From assembly GCF_009914755.1 (NCBI RefSeq), contig NC_060941.1: a stretch of 64,000 nucleotides of DNA. One strand, 5' to 3'. Under the pieces are notes generated by a model, which worked only from the letters and a program-made list of their open reading frames with translations, was not told where the DNA came from and searched no databases. Below are positions 18,368 to 45,092 of the stretch, piece by piece (within the stretch, counting starts at the first letter, position 1; each line of letters begins with the position of its first letter). Origin of the DNA: the human T2T-CHM13v2.0 reference genome, Homo sapiens. Made by a program: the position numbers and the translations under genes.

Positions 18368-18373
18368 TTTATT
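18368..18373 (-). terminator. TIMP2: TIMP2 proximal polyadenylation signal AATAAA
   Basis: ~95 nt after the stop codon; fits the short TIMP2 transcript. Confidence 0.82.
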
Positions 18374-18466
18374 CATGCTGTTTCCAGGAAGGGATGTCAG
18401 AGCTGGACCAGTCGAAACCCTTGGAGGCTTTTTTTGCAGTTGGCCACAGGGGCGTTGGAGGCCTGC

Positions 18467-18664
18467 TTATGGGTCCTCGATGTCGAGAAACTCCTGCTTG
18501 GGGGGCGCCGCGCCGCGGTACCACGCACAGGAGCCGTCACTTCTCTTGATGCAGGCGAAGAACTTGGCCTGGTGCCCGTTGATGTTCTTCTCTGTGACCC
18601 AGTCCATCCAGAGGCACTCGTCCGGGGAGGAGATGTAGCACGGGATCATGGGGCAGCGCGTGAT
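18467..18664 (-). CDS. TIMP2: TIMP2 exon 5 coding part ([10 protein letters not shown]...EFLDIEDP*)
   Basis: Translation matches the TIMP-2 C-terminus. Acceptor cccag|ATC at 18664, TAA at 18467-18469, 198 nt. Confidence 0.99.
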   Translation of the reverse strand: MTRCPMIPCYISSPDECLWMDWVTEKNINGHQAKFFACIKRSDGSCAWYRGAAPPKQEFLDIEDP

Positions 18665-19776
18665 CTGGGGAGGGGCACACGGAGGGGGACGGAGTCAGGG
18701 ACCCAGGAAGGGGTGGGCAGAGGCTGCTCTGGGGGCATGTCCAGAACCCGGCAATGTGCCTACCTGTCATGTGCAGGGATGGCAGCCTCTCCCGAGACCC
18801 ACGGTTCCTGCAGGAGCAGGCAGCTGGCCTGCGAGGGGGTCTAACCTGCAGGGAAGCTGTGCCCTGCCCACCGCTGCCCCCCCTCCTACTGCAGGTGTGC
18901 TTCCCTTTGGGCCATCTTCTACCTTCCTGAGCATGACAGAATGGCCTCAGCTTGGCCCTGCCCTCTGGGGGACACAGCAACAATAAAAGGGCCTGGGTTT
19001 CCTGGAGACAGATTCCAGCCCAGTGTTGCTCGCAAGCCGAGCCCCGAGGTCATCGGCAACTAGCAATTTGGCCAAGGAACCCTAGGCTACAAGAGGATGA
19101 CCGCCTTCACCACCGTGGAAAGAAAAAGGAAAAACTTGCTTTTGATTTCATGCTGGGCACAGAGGAGTTTCGCTTAACATACGTGTGGCTGGAGACTATG
19201 AGTTCAGAATTCCTGTTTTGAACATGCGGAGAAGGGGCTGGGGGCCGTCAGGAGGGAGGGCAGCCCCAGGCAGCTCCCCAGGGAAGGCCAATCCCCACAG
19301 CCTCACCAGAGTCTCCTGGTCCCAGACTCACTGGGAGTGACCCAGGGTGGGAGGTGCCCAGCACTCAGCCATGCTTCCTGCAGGGAGGGTGGGGATAGGG
19401 TGCTAGGAGCCCACAGGGTAGGAGCCAGCCTGGGAGCCCTGGAGGCGGTAATCTCACCTTCCACAGCCACATCTAGGCGCTGCACTGCTCCAGCTGTGCC
19501 TGGCACAACCTCCGGGCTCATTTTAAGAGGAGCAGGTGTTCAGGTGTTCTCAACACACAGACCCCACATAGACACCAACCCAGGTGTGAAAATGTCGGGA
19601 ATGTTGGAAACAGCGTAAGGCCTGCAGTGCCTTCTCATAAGCCACACAGGCGTTTGCACTTGCACATTTGTAGAAAATTCTCCATGGGACCATATTCTCT
19701 CTCCCCATACAGCTCCTTTTTCTGGAAGCTACAGGTAACAGAGCTGAATTCATGCTCTTACTCTCAAATCTCCTAG

Positions 19777-20226
<450 letters not shown>

Positions 20227-20321
20227 TAACGGGTCCTGGAAAGCCAGGGATCAAAATCCCTGCCGTCCATCTGGAGACACTGGGAGGAGGCGATGCTCCA
20301 GCAGAGGCAGGACCTGCTTAC

Positions 20322-20446
20322 CTTGCACTCGCAGCCCATCTGGTACCTGTGGTTCAGGCTCTTCTTCTGGGTGGTGCTCAGGGTGTCCCAGGGCACGATG
20401 AAGTCACAGAGGGTGATGTGCATCTTGCCGTCCCCCTCGGCCTTTC
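20322..20446 (-). CDS. TIMP2: TIMP2 exon 4 ([16 protein letters not shown]...YQMGCECK)
   Basis: Protein match, cag|GA acceptor, AAG|GTAAG donor, 125 nt. Confidence 0.99.
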
Positions 20447-20574
20447 CTGCGGAGAGACGGGGATCACCGAGCTCAGGGAGAGGGAAAAGTCCTCCTCCTG
20501 CCCAGCTCCTCCACCCGGCGCAGGGGCGCTGGGATTTCGTTGCAACAATCCTGTGCACTGTCTATTCTGAGTTA

Positions 20575-21828
<1,254 letters not shown>

Positions 21829-22177
21829 TAGATTATATTGTTTCCTGTTTTGTTTTTCACAAAATATTAATTCACAGGTGCTTCTCCCATTTGAGTTTAA
21901 ACTTATAATTCTGCATTTTTCCATTATGAAGAGCCAAAGCATGGAATTTTTGAAAATTAGGAATCTGCTCTGAATTCCCTTCATCAGGCATGATGAGCTG
22001 TGGCTTCTTTCTGTACTTCCGGCTCCTGACTCAGCTGCCTCCTTCCTTTGCTGAAGATACTACATTGGCAATAGCCTTGGCGTTTTCCAAGCAGGAGGAA
22101 AAGAACAAAGCAGTGTGTTCCAGTGGCTGACAGAACCTAATGACAGCTATGGAAGTCATTTAAAAACTCATCCCTCA

Positions 22178-23915
<1,738 letters not shown>

Positions 23916-24400
23916 TCAGGAAGGAGCAAAACAGACAGATGGAAAGGAACCCATTCCTGTATCCTGGTTGATTCTGGCATTTGGCGCCCATACAGGTATA
24001 CCGCAGCCCCTTCCCTGTCCAGCCTGGGCACCTGCCACTACAGACAGGCTGAAGCTCTATCCTGGCTTCCCAGCTTCTATGGTGATTTCCACTGTATGTA
24101 TCACTTGACCAGCATTAACTCCCACTTTCTATTAGATTTGCCTTTCTTCTGCATCTCGCTCCTTAATCAGAGAGTACGTATAGAGAGTAAGGGCTGTGTC
24201 TTAACCCTTTTGTTTCCACAGTTCCCTGCACATAGTAATTGCTCAATAAGTTTACTGATGAGACACACCCGTGCTTGTTCTAATGATATGCTTCACATTC
24301 TGCCTTTTCCTGCCATCTTCTCTTTTGGCCTTTTACCACCAATTCTGGCTTCCTCAGGAGGTAAGCAATGGCAGGAAGAAGAGATGAAGTGAAAATTGTA

Positions 24401-24660
24401 TTTTTTCTTTTTTTTTTTTTTGGAGACGGAGTCTTGCTCTGTCACCGAGGCTGGAGTGCAGCGGTGCCATCTCGACTCACTGGAACCTCTGCCTCCCAGG
24501 TTCAAGCATTCTCCTGCCTTAGCCTCCCAAAAAATTGGGATTACAGGTATGCGCCACCACCCATGGCTAATCTTTGTATTTTTTAGTAGAGACACGGTTT
24601 CACCATGTTGGCTGGGCTGGTCTTGAACTCCTGACTTCAAGTGATCCACTGCGCCCAGCC
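24401..24660 (-). mobile_element. Alu
   Basis: Reverse-strand Alu consensus. Confidence 0.9.
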
Positions 24661-25369
24661 AAAAAATTGTATCTTTTCAATGGTCCTAGTTATTGGGCTA
24701 ACATGAACGTGGCTGTCATGTATAAATGTGAAGAGAGGACCGCCTCTGGTCTGATTAAGACTTGGTTGGGTGTACACACCGTGAGCATCTGCAGCGATGT
24801 TCTACTTATGTCTGTCTCCGAGAAAAGCGAGGCATGAGTCTGGGTTACAGAAAACCGGGAATTAAAATTTGTAACGAAGGGTTGTATGTTTATTTTTCCT
24901 TTTGGAGAAGAGGAATGTAGAAGAAAATTACAGGGCCAACTCTGTATGAGTCTCCTGGTGCCCGACTCGACACGTGAGACTGAGTCATCGGTCCAGGAGG
25001 AGGTGGCCCGCTCAGGCCATGCGGTCACTCACTGGCCACAGCCAGCCAGAGCTGAGTGGTTCACTGTGCCCTGTGATTTCTGGTTAGCCCCTGGATAAAG
25101 GGTCTATCCTGACTCGAGGCAAACTGGATCTAGGTTCCTGCCTCGGGAAATAAATGCCAGATTCAATGTGGAGTCATCTGACCAAGGCTGGGAAAGAAGT
25201 CAGATGAGAGAGGTTCCTCTCGCCATGAGGTGAGTCAGCCACTGTGGCCATTAACAGCCTCACCCCTGCTCCCCCTCCCAGGGAGAGGAGGATGAAGTAA
25301 TGCAGCCTCATTGGTGGAGAAGATACACAGCCAGCTGGCCACTGGGCAGGTCTCACAATCTTTGTTGAT

Positions 25370-26365
<996 letters not shown>

Positions 26366-26881
26366 CTCTTCAAAATCTTTCAATGTCAGCTTTCTACCGA
26401 GGATCCCGCCACAGGTCCAGGGAGCAATGCCCTTTCAGCAGAGCCTTCACGCTCATTCTGCTACAGGCTACCCTAGCCCTCCTTAGACCTTCAGTATGAC
26501 TCTCTGTATCGACTCACCAGCTTTTCATGCAGTGCTGTGCTGCGTGTATGGGTCACTGTCATCTCCAGTGTAAGACATAAAATTATCAGCTACCCTTGAG
26601 TGGGGCCTGACCAAGATAACCAGCATCTCTGTGATAATCATTTCTGGTCTCCTACTCCCACTTTCATCCTCTCAACAACCCCTCGTGGGGCAGATACTAC
26701 TGTCATCATCCCCCACGTACGGATCGGCATGGGAGGCACAGACAGGTAAAGTTACTTGGCCAAGGACATTAACGAGTCAGGTGTCAGAGCACACATTCGA
26801 ACTCGAGCAGGTGTTTTCAGAGCCTTCACTCGGGCATCTCATTGTATTTCTTCACATCTTTTCATGACACTTAGTCGTTAT

Positions 26882-27345
26882 CTTTTTCTCTTCTAAAACA
26901 GAGACAGGGTCCCGCCCTGCCACCTGGGCTAGAGTGCAGTGGTGCAGTCCTAGCTCACTGCAGCCTCAAATGCCTGAGCTCAAGAGATCTTCCTGCCTCA
27001 GCCTCCCAGGTAGCTAGGACTACAGGTGCACATGACCACACCCAGCTCATCTCTTCTTTCCTTCCTTCCTTCCTTCTTCTTCCCTCCCTCCTTTCTTCCC
27101 TGCCTCTCTCCCTCTCTCCCTGACTCCCTTCACTCCCTCCCTCCTTCCCTTCCTCCCTTCCTCCATGCCTCCCTCCCCCTTCCTCCCTCCCTCCCTTCCT
27201 TCCTTCCTTCCTCCCTTCCTGTTTTGTAGAGATAGGGTCTTGCTATATCGTCCAGGCTGATCTTGAACTCCTAACCTGAAGCCATCCTCCTGCCTCAGCC
27301 TCCCAAAATGCTAGGATTACAGGTGTGAGCCACTATGGTCAGCCC
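26882..27345 (-). mobile_element. AluJ-like element split by a (CCTT/CCCT)n microsatellite at 27050-27220
   Basis: The two Alu arms flank a ~170-bp polypyrimidine tract. Confidence 0.88.
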
Positions 27346-27537
27346 ATTTCCTTATTTTCTTTATGCAATAAACTGTTTGCACTTGGCACCTTTAGTTCTG
27401 TGTCCTCATCAAAACCTCGTGCCTCCTCCTTGAGATACTAAGTAGTATCTGAGTTAAAAAGTTAATGGAAATGTTAACAATTTGAAAACATATATAGAAT
27501 TCAACTTAGAAGAGTATTACATATTTTGGAAACTTTA

Positions 27538-28671
<1,134 letters not shown>

Positions 28672-29237
28672 TCAGACCAAGGTCACTTTTGCACCCAAGA
28701 GTCCTTCCGCAGCGCTGCAGTTTGGCCAGAAAGCCCCTAGAGGGCAGTGTGACGAAACTGAGCTGGGACGGCTGGGACTTACTTTAAAGGCTGTTCCCTG
28801 TGGATAGGAACAAACAGAGGATGCAGAGAACTGGAAGTAAGTTCCCTGCACCACGGGGGATTCTGTCTCCTTTCTTGTCTCTCCAGATTTTATTTTTCTG
28901 ATGACAAACGTAATAAATGCCATAATTTTAAAGGTTTAATACAGGAAAGAACTGAAAAGGAGACACAGCAGATGCTGACACGCTGGGAAATTTCCTCCCG
29001 TGCTCTGTTCTGTGCACAGCTGCAGCAGCCCCCGAATGCCACACTGCAGACCATGCCTCTGCCACGCGCCACCGTGCGTGCTGTGCGGCCACCCCAGCTC
29101 TCCTGCCTCCTCTGTGTTTTTTTTGAGGGCATTAGTTAGCTGGTAAGATCTTTGCACCACAGGTGGTTTTTGTCCCTCTACCCTTCTCCATTTGATTTTT
29201 TTTTTCTTATTGTAAAAATCATAGATAATACTGGGCG

Positions 29238-29783
29238 TGTAAAATGGTGCAGCTGCTTTGGAAAACGGTCTGCCAGCTCCTCAAATGGTTAAACCTAAAG
29301 TCACCCAACCCCTCCCCACCCCCGACCCCACCAATTCCACTGCCAGGGATACACCCAGGAAAAATGAGAACAGGTCCCTGCAAAATCTCACACACCAATG
29401 TTCATTGCAGTATTTGTCACAATGGCCAAACGGTGGCAACAACCCAAATGCACATCAAATGATGACCGGATAAACAAAACGTGGTCTATCCATACAGTGG
29501 AATACTCAGTCATAGAAAGGAATGAAATTCTGATACACACTGTAACATGGATGACCCTTGGAAACACGAAAGAAGCCGGTTACACAGGGTCACACGTATG
29601 ATTCCGTTCCCAGGAAAGCCCAGCATAGAGAAATCTATAGAGACGGGAAGTATACCAGTGGCTGCTTAGGGCTGGGGGAGGGGGAGGGGAGTCAGGAGGG
29701 TAATAGCTCAAGAATACAGGATTTCTTTTTGACTGTAGTGATGGTTGCACAACTCTGTGACATACTAAAACCACTGAATTGTA
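29238..29783 (+). mobile_element. L1M 3' fragment
   Basis: gtaaaatggtgcagctgctttggaaaac...aatgttcattgcag...ggataaacaaaacgtgg. Confidence 0.8.
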
Positions 29784-31356
<1,573 letters not shown>

Positions 31357-31454
31357 TTGTCTATTCTTTTTTTCTTAAGTTTGTGATCAGATTCCTACTT
31401 CCCCAGGGAGGAGGGGAATAATGTTCCTTAACTGGCTGAGTCAGTGCCATGCTA

Positions 31455-31640
31455 GACTGCGGCTGCCGGCCACATGTGGCTGTTTACATTTATACTAAAA
31501 TTACTTGAAATGAAATAAAATTTAAAATGCAGCTCCTCGGCTGCACTAGCCATATCTCGGGTGCTCATGAGCCACAAGGCTGGGGGCTGCTGGACTGGAT
31601 GGTGCAGAGACCGCTTCCATCACTGCAGAAAGCTCTTTGA
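31455..31640. mobile_element. MER3/MER33-like hAT DNA transposon remnant
   Basis: gccacatgtggct...taaaatttaaaat.cag.tcctc...cactagcca motifs. Confidence 0.6.
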
Positions 31641-31643
31641 GCC

Positions 31644-31850
31644 CAGTGGTTCTCAAGCAGGGGCAATCTACCCCACCTCCCCTGGGCACATGTGGCAATG
31701 TCCAGAGACCCCGCGACTGGAGCGGGTGCTGTGGCATGTAGAGGGTGGGGGCCAGGGATGCAGCTGAATATCCTATAATGCATAAGGTAGGCCCCCACAA
31801 CAAAGAATGGTCCATCCCCAAATGTTAATAGTGCTGAGATTGAGAATCCT
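31644..31850 (+). mobile_element. MER20 hAT-Charlie element
   Basis: cagtggttctcaa...ggcaatgtc...ggccagggatgc...acaacaaagaat...aatagtgctgag.ttgagaa.cctg. Confidence 0.85.
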
Positions 31851-31871
31851 GTCCTGGCCTCCTGTGGTTCA

Positions 31872-33310
<1,439 letters not shown>

Positions 33311-33584
33311 AAAAGGAGACAGATGAATGAATAAGTCAAGCAGGTCTCGTGCATAGTATCCACAGATGTTACGCGAGCTTTTGGCCCTCCCGACGGCAGA
33401 AAGGGTTTCTCTGCCCTGCATGTCTCCAGCATCCCGCACTCGCCTCCCTTTTAGGAACAAAAGGCAAAAATGCTCCCTTTTTTTTGTCCACCAATCTCAA
33501 ATTTCCCAGGAAATTGGCAGGTAGTGAACATTCACTAGCATTCTCTGACGGGAAGTGGCCGAGAGGGCTCCGTACCCTGCCTCA

Positions 33585-34670
<1,086 letters not shown>

Positions 34671-34822
34671 TCATCTGGAGCATGACATCCTCAGACAACA
34701 CCTCTGTTCCCTCACCCCCCACCCCAAAGAGGTCATTTCTGAATCTATGGGGAGGGGCTTTTCTACCTCCACGTGACTCTGGACCACCATGAAGGACCAT
34801 GACTTTTGCATATTTCCAGGAA

Positions 34823-36405
<1,583 letters not shown>

Positions 36406-36624
36406 TGAAGGAATTGAATTTGTGGGGAGCATGTCATCTCCACACAACTTTTCAGGCATTCGAGGATTAAGGGAAATCGGATCTATTTGCAGCTTGATGA
36501 CCTCATCCTCTGCTCTAGTCCACAGGTGGCCAGATCGTGTTCCAGGGACCCAGGCTCTCTGCCAACCCCAACACCCCACAGCTGTGCCCACAGTGCAGCC
36601 CGGGATGCCGGCAGCCACTATTAC

Positions 36625-36725
36625 CTTTATCTGCTTGATCTCATACTGGATCCTCTTGATAGGGTTGCCATAAATGTCGTTTCCAGAGTCCACTTCCTTC
36701 TCACTGACCGCTTTGGCCCTGATCA
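36625..36725 (-). CDS. TIMP2: TIMP2 exon 2 ([34 protein letters not shown])
   Basis: Contains the TIMP VIRAK signature. cag|TG acceptor, AAG|GTAA donor, 101 nt. Exon 1 lies beyond the right edge of the window. Confidence 0.99.
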
Positions 36726-37380
36726 CTGCAAAACACAAGACACAGAGGTGAGGAGAGTTCCTGAAACACGCTCCTGGGGCTAAGGAGAGGGATAAGACGT
36801 CCAGGCCTGCGGGAGGTGCTGGGGGGTTAGAGACAGCAGCAAGGTGCGAGACGGGCAAGGGGCATGGTGATCCCAGCCCCCGGCATGGCGTCTCCTCCTC
36901 CAGGCTGAGAGATGATGCCCAGCCTCCTCCTCCTCCTTCCACGATTCTTCAACAAGAATCCCTTCTTTGTTGACAGGGGCCCAAGCCAGAAGCCCAGAGT
37001 CCCTTGTGACCAAGGCGGTTTCTGTAACAGTGGGAGGCAGTCATTGATTTGACTGAAGCTCATCTGTTGATATCATGCTTGAGTGCTTTTGGCTTTTTTT
37101 TCCTTCTCTCCAGTGGGTACTCACTGGTGGCTGGGGCAAGCAGGTACCCCATGGAACTGACCCACAATCCCACACATTCCGCGAAGGATGGGACATTTCC
37201 CCACCCTCCAGCCAAGGCCTATTGGAAACAAGCTTTTCTGGGCTGAGGGCAGAGGGGGAGTTATCCACCTTAAAGGGGCCTTAAACGTACCCGGCATATT
37301 TAGCTTTGGGGGTCTTACATCTGGAAAGGTCTATCCAGCTCTTCTCATCTTTCCTGACCTGGAAAATGTTCTATGAGTAA

Positions 37381-37985
<605 letters not shown>

Positions 37986-39155
37986 TGGGTGATTCTTTAC
38001 AGTAACACAGAGTCTATCAGGGGCACAACAGGGGCAGGGGCAGGAAGTTTCACCCAAAGGAGACATCGGCAGGCACAGCTGGCAGACCCAAGGGACAGAT
38101 GCTGAGGAAGGACAAACAGAAGGAAAGAGGATCCCAACTAAGCCCCAACCAAACAGAAAGGAGTTGGGGAAGAGGCTGGGCTGGGGCAATTCCAGAATAT
38201 TCTGGAGCCTGAGGTTGCTGACAGGCCATGCAACACAGGGCTTTCTCCTAGCAATTAAGCCAGGATTCTGTTCCACTCCTGGTAACCTGAGGACAAGCAG
38301 ATCAGTAGTTCATGCTGTCACTTGGGCAGGGTTGGGTAGAGCCCTCCCTTTCTTAATTTCAAGTCCATTAGTTGGTGACATGGTCTGTTTTAATGGCTTT
38401 AAAAGCTTTGCCCTCCCAAACTCAGCTCTTCAGGGTCACTCTGGGTAAGTGTTATGTTACGGTGGATATGAGCAAAACAGAGAGGTAAGGAGCAGACCAC
38501 GCCAGGCTCCAGGCAGCCTCCTAGCCCCAGCCCCAGCCCCACCCCACGTGGTCGGCTCAAATCTCTTAGAACCCCTTAGGCAGGGCTGTCTCTTCCCACA
38601 GGGGCAAGGAGGCTCAGGCGTGTGGGTGCTCCATCTGTGTCCATCCCCCTGGGCCCCACCAATGCTCTCTGGATCCCAGGCTGGCATCAGAGTCCCACAC
38701 CACAGCCCCACTGCCTCGCCTGGGCACAAACCCCTTTCTTCTTTCTTCTTCTGTTGGAGCTGAGTCATGACTGGCCGAGGCCACAGGTTCCTGTTTCCCA
38801 GGCTAATCCAGGCCTCATCCTGAAAAGCCACATCTAGGAAATGTCTCCCGGCAGGCCACTCCAGAACAGACGGCTTTGCCCTGATGGCCCCCTATTTCCA
38901 GTGCCCTCCTAACCATCCTCTCATCCACTGCAACCAGCTGTCTTTTTTTATTCACGTTCGTTTCTGCTCAAACATCATCCTTGGCTGCCCCCTGCCCTCC
39001 CCTAAAATATGAGCGCCTTTGCAACCTGAAGTCAGCCAGGGGCCTCAGCTGCTGTGCCCAACAGCCCCCACCCATGCTCCCACTATTCTACCACTTCATA
39101 ATACTCGTCTGCCCTGAACATGCCCAGGTGCATCCACACCTCTGAACAGACAAGT

Positions 39156-40813
<1,658 letters not shown>

Positions 40814-43212
40814 TTGGAGCTGCCTTTCAATGGTCCACTAAGCCGCACAATGCTTAACGCACAATAGGCACTCAACAAGCATGTCACTGGAGTTCAGAAA
40901 ATAAGCAAAGATTACTTCAAAACGGCCAAAATGTTGCATCCTACCATGGGCATTGAGGTTCACATGTTGTTCTCTTACAAAAACGCCTAAGGCTCCCAGG
41001 TGGCAGCTGGGCACTTATTTGAAGGAGGCAGCAAGAGACAGAGATCCTGCATTCACCCCTGGATGGCTGCGTGATCTTTGAGAAGCTCCTTGACTTCACT
41101 GAGCCACAGTTGTTCACACCTAAGACAGAGACGATGACAACAGTCCTGACACTTCACAAGGTCGTGGTGACTGTTAGAGGGGCTGGCGTGGAGGCTGCGG
41201 TGCCCGGGAACTAATGCCTGTACAGTTCAGGACCACGCGCATCGCATAGACAAGCAGGGCGAATTCTCCCGCTCCCGTGGGTGAGGGATTGGGACGGTGG
41301 CATCATGCCACTCAGGTACACAGACCCGGTCCTGGTCAGCAGGCCACAGACTCTCGATTTGATGCAGCTTCCCAGCGTGCTAGCTTTGCCTGGGGGCTGC
41401 AGATTACACACTTTCCTTCTTTAAAGTGTCAGAAAAGAGGAGGCTGGTCAAATCAAGGGTCCAGGGTAGCCACGTGGGGTTAGGACTAGAAAGTGAACTG
41501 GCGAGGAGGCCGCCAGATGCCTGCAGGGAAGTGGGGGTGAGGGGCAGGGAAGTGGGGGTGAGGGGCCTGGAGGAGCAGAGCCTGAGGGCATCTCCATCTC
41601 CCCTGGGCTGCTTTAGTCTGCCCCTGGGGAACAGAATTCAGATTCTTCAGGGTCTCTTTAAATTGGGGGTGGGCACCTCCTCCCCCACTTTGCAAAATGA
41701 GAAATTACATGAAAGAAGGAAAATGGGAATCAAGAGAGGCAAAGAAGGACCAGTTCCACGGCAACCTTCCCCAAAGCACCAGCACGCCGCAGACATGAAG
41801 GAGAGGGGCCAGCTGACAGCTCTGATCGGTGCACACCAGTTGGCATAGCGGGATCTGCACCGCTGACCTGCTCAGAGCAGCGGGTACCTGTCGGGGGTTG
41901 TTGCCCAGAGGCGACAGCAGGTGAAGAGAGGGTACAGGGTGAATCCTGCATACAGCAGGCCTTGCCTGGGAGGAGCATCCAATCCAGGCGAGATGACAGA
42001 CGATGGATAGGAACACAGAGAAGGAGAGTTTCCAATGCCCAGTGGTGGACAGAGGAGGAGGGAGGGAGAGCTCTCCGGAATACATTTCCATGCCAATGGC
42101 AATGGTCCGCACTCTGAGCTCCAGGATGGACCACCAGGACTGTAGGGGAAAGCAGGCCACTTCAAAAGAGGGAGGGCCTCTCCGAGTCCCAGGCCATGTG
42201 AAGAACAGGGCTGGGGAAAGCGAAGAGACATAAGGAATCTGGGAAGAAATGAAAATTGTGGCACAGACACGTTTACTGAACACCTACTGGGTGCTGGGCC
42301 TGGTGTTAGGCACTGGGGTGGGTGTCAGCCCATCTCCTGTCCATGCCCCCGAGAGGGGCTGCTCTGCTCCTCTGCCCCTTCCCCAAGGAGCCAGAGGCAG
42401 CTGCGAGAGGGGGAGTCTTTATAAAGACTCTCGTTCTAACTGCCCTGAGCCCAAAAACCACGGCCTCTCCCTGGGCGTCTCAGATTTCGTTTTTCCTTCT
42501 TTCCCTTCTGCTGTGAACACAACATCTGGGTTTGAGATCAAGGGTGATACACTGGCTGATGAATTCACCGCCAGATGCCGGCTACTGGAATGTACAACCG
42601 TCGGCTGAATTCAAAGCACACGCAACCGCAGGGTCCCCACCCCCACCCCTCCAGCCCAGGACACCATATGATGTCACTTCCCCCCTGCAAAAACAATCCC
42701 GAGCGCACCCGCCAGAGTGGGGACGGAAAAGAACCGGGTGGGCGGAAAACCAAGGTCGCGGGAGACGATCCAAAGAGGATGGGCTACGGTCAGACTTCGA
42801 CAGTCACAACCGCCCCTGGAAAACCATCAGAGGCCGGACCGGCTGCTGCTGCTCTCGGAGGGGAGCAGACAGTGAAGGGGGCTTGCTGGAGAACCTGGTG
42901 TCACCAGCATGTGCCAGGGCCAAGGGCTGGCCGGAGGGGCGGCACTCTCCACAGACTCCAACCACGCCAGCCCCAGGCAGAGACGCCACGGCTTCTGTGG
43001 CACGGTCCTCCCTTGTTCTCTCTCCTCGGTGTCCCCTCTGCTGCCATCAACACGTGGGTCCTGCGTCCTCACGTCCCCTTCATACACCCACCAACATCTT
43101 TCCAATCCTCCTGTGTCCACAGAAGTACTATGGAAGTTCCTGCGGAAAATAAGAACAAGCCATGCCCACAATTGGGGGAGGGAGACAGACCCCAAAAGAA
43201 AATTGCCTCGAA

Positions 43213-43521
43213 AGGCCGGGTGCAGTGGCTCACACTTGTAATCCCAGCACTTGGGAGGCCAAGGTGGATGGGTTGCTTGAAGCTAGGAGTTCAAGACCAG
43301 CCTGAGCAACATAGCAATACCTCATCTATAAAAAACAAAATACAAAAAACAAAAACAAAAAAAAACAAAAATTAGCTGGGCGTGGTGGCATCTGCCTATA
43401 GTCCCAGCTACTCAGGAGAATTGTATGAACTAGATGTTCAAGGCTGCAGTGAGCTATGAATGCACCACTGCACCTCGGTCCTGGGTGAAAGAACCAGACC
43501 CTGCCTTTGAAAGAAAAAGAA
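43213..43521 (+). mobile_element. AluJ-like
   Basis: Diverged Alu consensus. Confidence 0.88.
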
Positions 43522-44777
43522 AATTGCCTGTAAGAAATGTACTTATTCCACACTCATTGAATTCTCTTTATTATCTTGCCAGGGGCCCAACTGCTCGCTG
43601 GAGGAATCCCACATGCTATATGTATAAATATACCATATAGAACATTTTCCACTTGAGCCACTCTGCCGGGCTCCCAGGCCCAAGTTTGGGACAGGCAAAC
43701 CGGTGGATATCAACACCCAACGTCTAGACCACTCACAGCCTCTCCCCGGGGCACTCCACACACTGTAACAGCATAGCGCCTGTCTCGGCTACGGGACGTG
43801 CTCAGGCAGCGGGAGAAGGTGGCCCACTGTCCCTCAAAGTCACCTGTCTGCCCAGACGAGGTGCAGGGATCCCTGGGACTCAGAAACACATTCGGCTGCT
43901 AAATACAAAGTCAAAACCCGGCCCGATCATCTGCACCTTGTGTGCACACTGACTCGGACTGGGAGGGTTTGCTCAGTATCACTGGAGGGCACTGGCCCCT
44001 CCCAGCCGTCCACCCTCTTCTGCAGGCTCCAGCTTTCACCTGGGGAGGGGCGCCCACAGGACCAGCACTGGCAGGGAAAGCGCCTCCCTCCCCTCTGTCC
44101 TGTCCTGCTTATGGCCCAGCGGAGAACGCCAAGGGGTCCCCATGTTCTCAACATGGGTCATTCCTGGGAGTCGGGTGGGGGCTTCACACATGTGCCAAAG
44201 ACCCTACTGGCCCACATCACTAGTGGGTGGGGGGCATTCTGATGCTGCAGCTGGGTCAGAGTCAGCCCAGAGCACCCACAGTGGCAATGAAGACCAGTGG
44301 CCACTGCATGCATCCCAGGGGCCAGCCCTGGAGGACTCCACACTGCGTAGACGCAAACGCGGTAACTGCAGGCCGGAGCCGCAGACGTCTTCTGAGCGTC
44401 ATTTGGTTCATTTGGCTCTGGGTGGAATTACATGCCAGTCATTTCAGAGGAATTATCAAAGAAACCATTTTCTCTCCCGGATGAAACCCAACCTCCACTT
44501 ACTCCTGGGGAGGATCCAATGGCAGTTGCAGGTGGACTCAGCTTTGTTCTTTCACTGGGAAAGGACTGTGACGTTCCACGCCTTGTCTAAACTCTCCAGA
44601 AAAGTGGGGTGCCATGAGTGCCAATGTCCACACCCTCAAATCACACAGTTAGTAACGCCCTTGCTAACATCTGTAACTATAACTTGGCGTTGCCATTGGG
44701 GATGAGAGTCTCTTGTCCCTTTTGGGTGGATGTAATGACACCATATGGCTGGTCAACCTGGCAGGGGCTCCATATCC

Positions 44778-45092
<315 letters not shown>

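Larger units (their letters stand above)
15779..18466 (-). other. TIMP2: TIMP2 3'UTR (long form ~2.7 kb)
   Basis: Alu-free sequence from the stop codon to the distal AATAAA, consistent with the known short and long TIMP2 mRNAs. Confidence 0.88.

Noticed and set aside
42532-43375. 206-aa and 266-aa + strand ORFs
   Set aside because: No homology recognised; one ends in an Alu.
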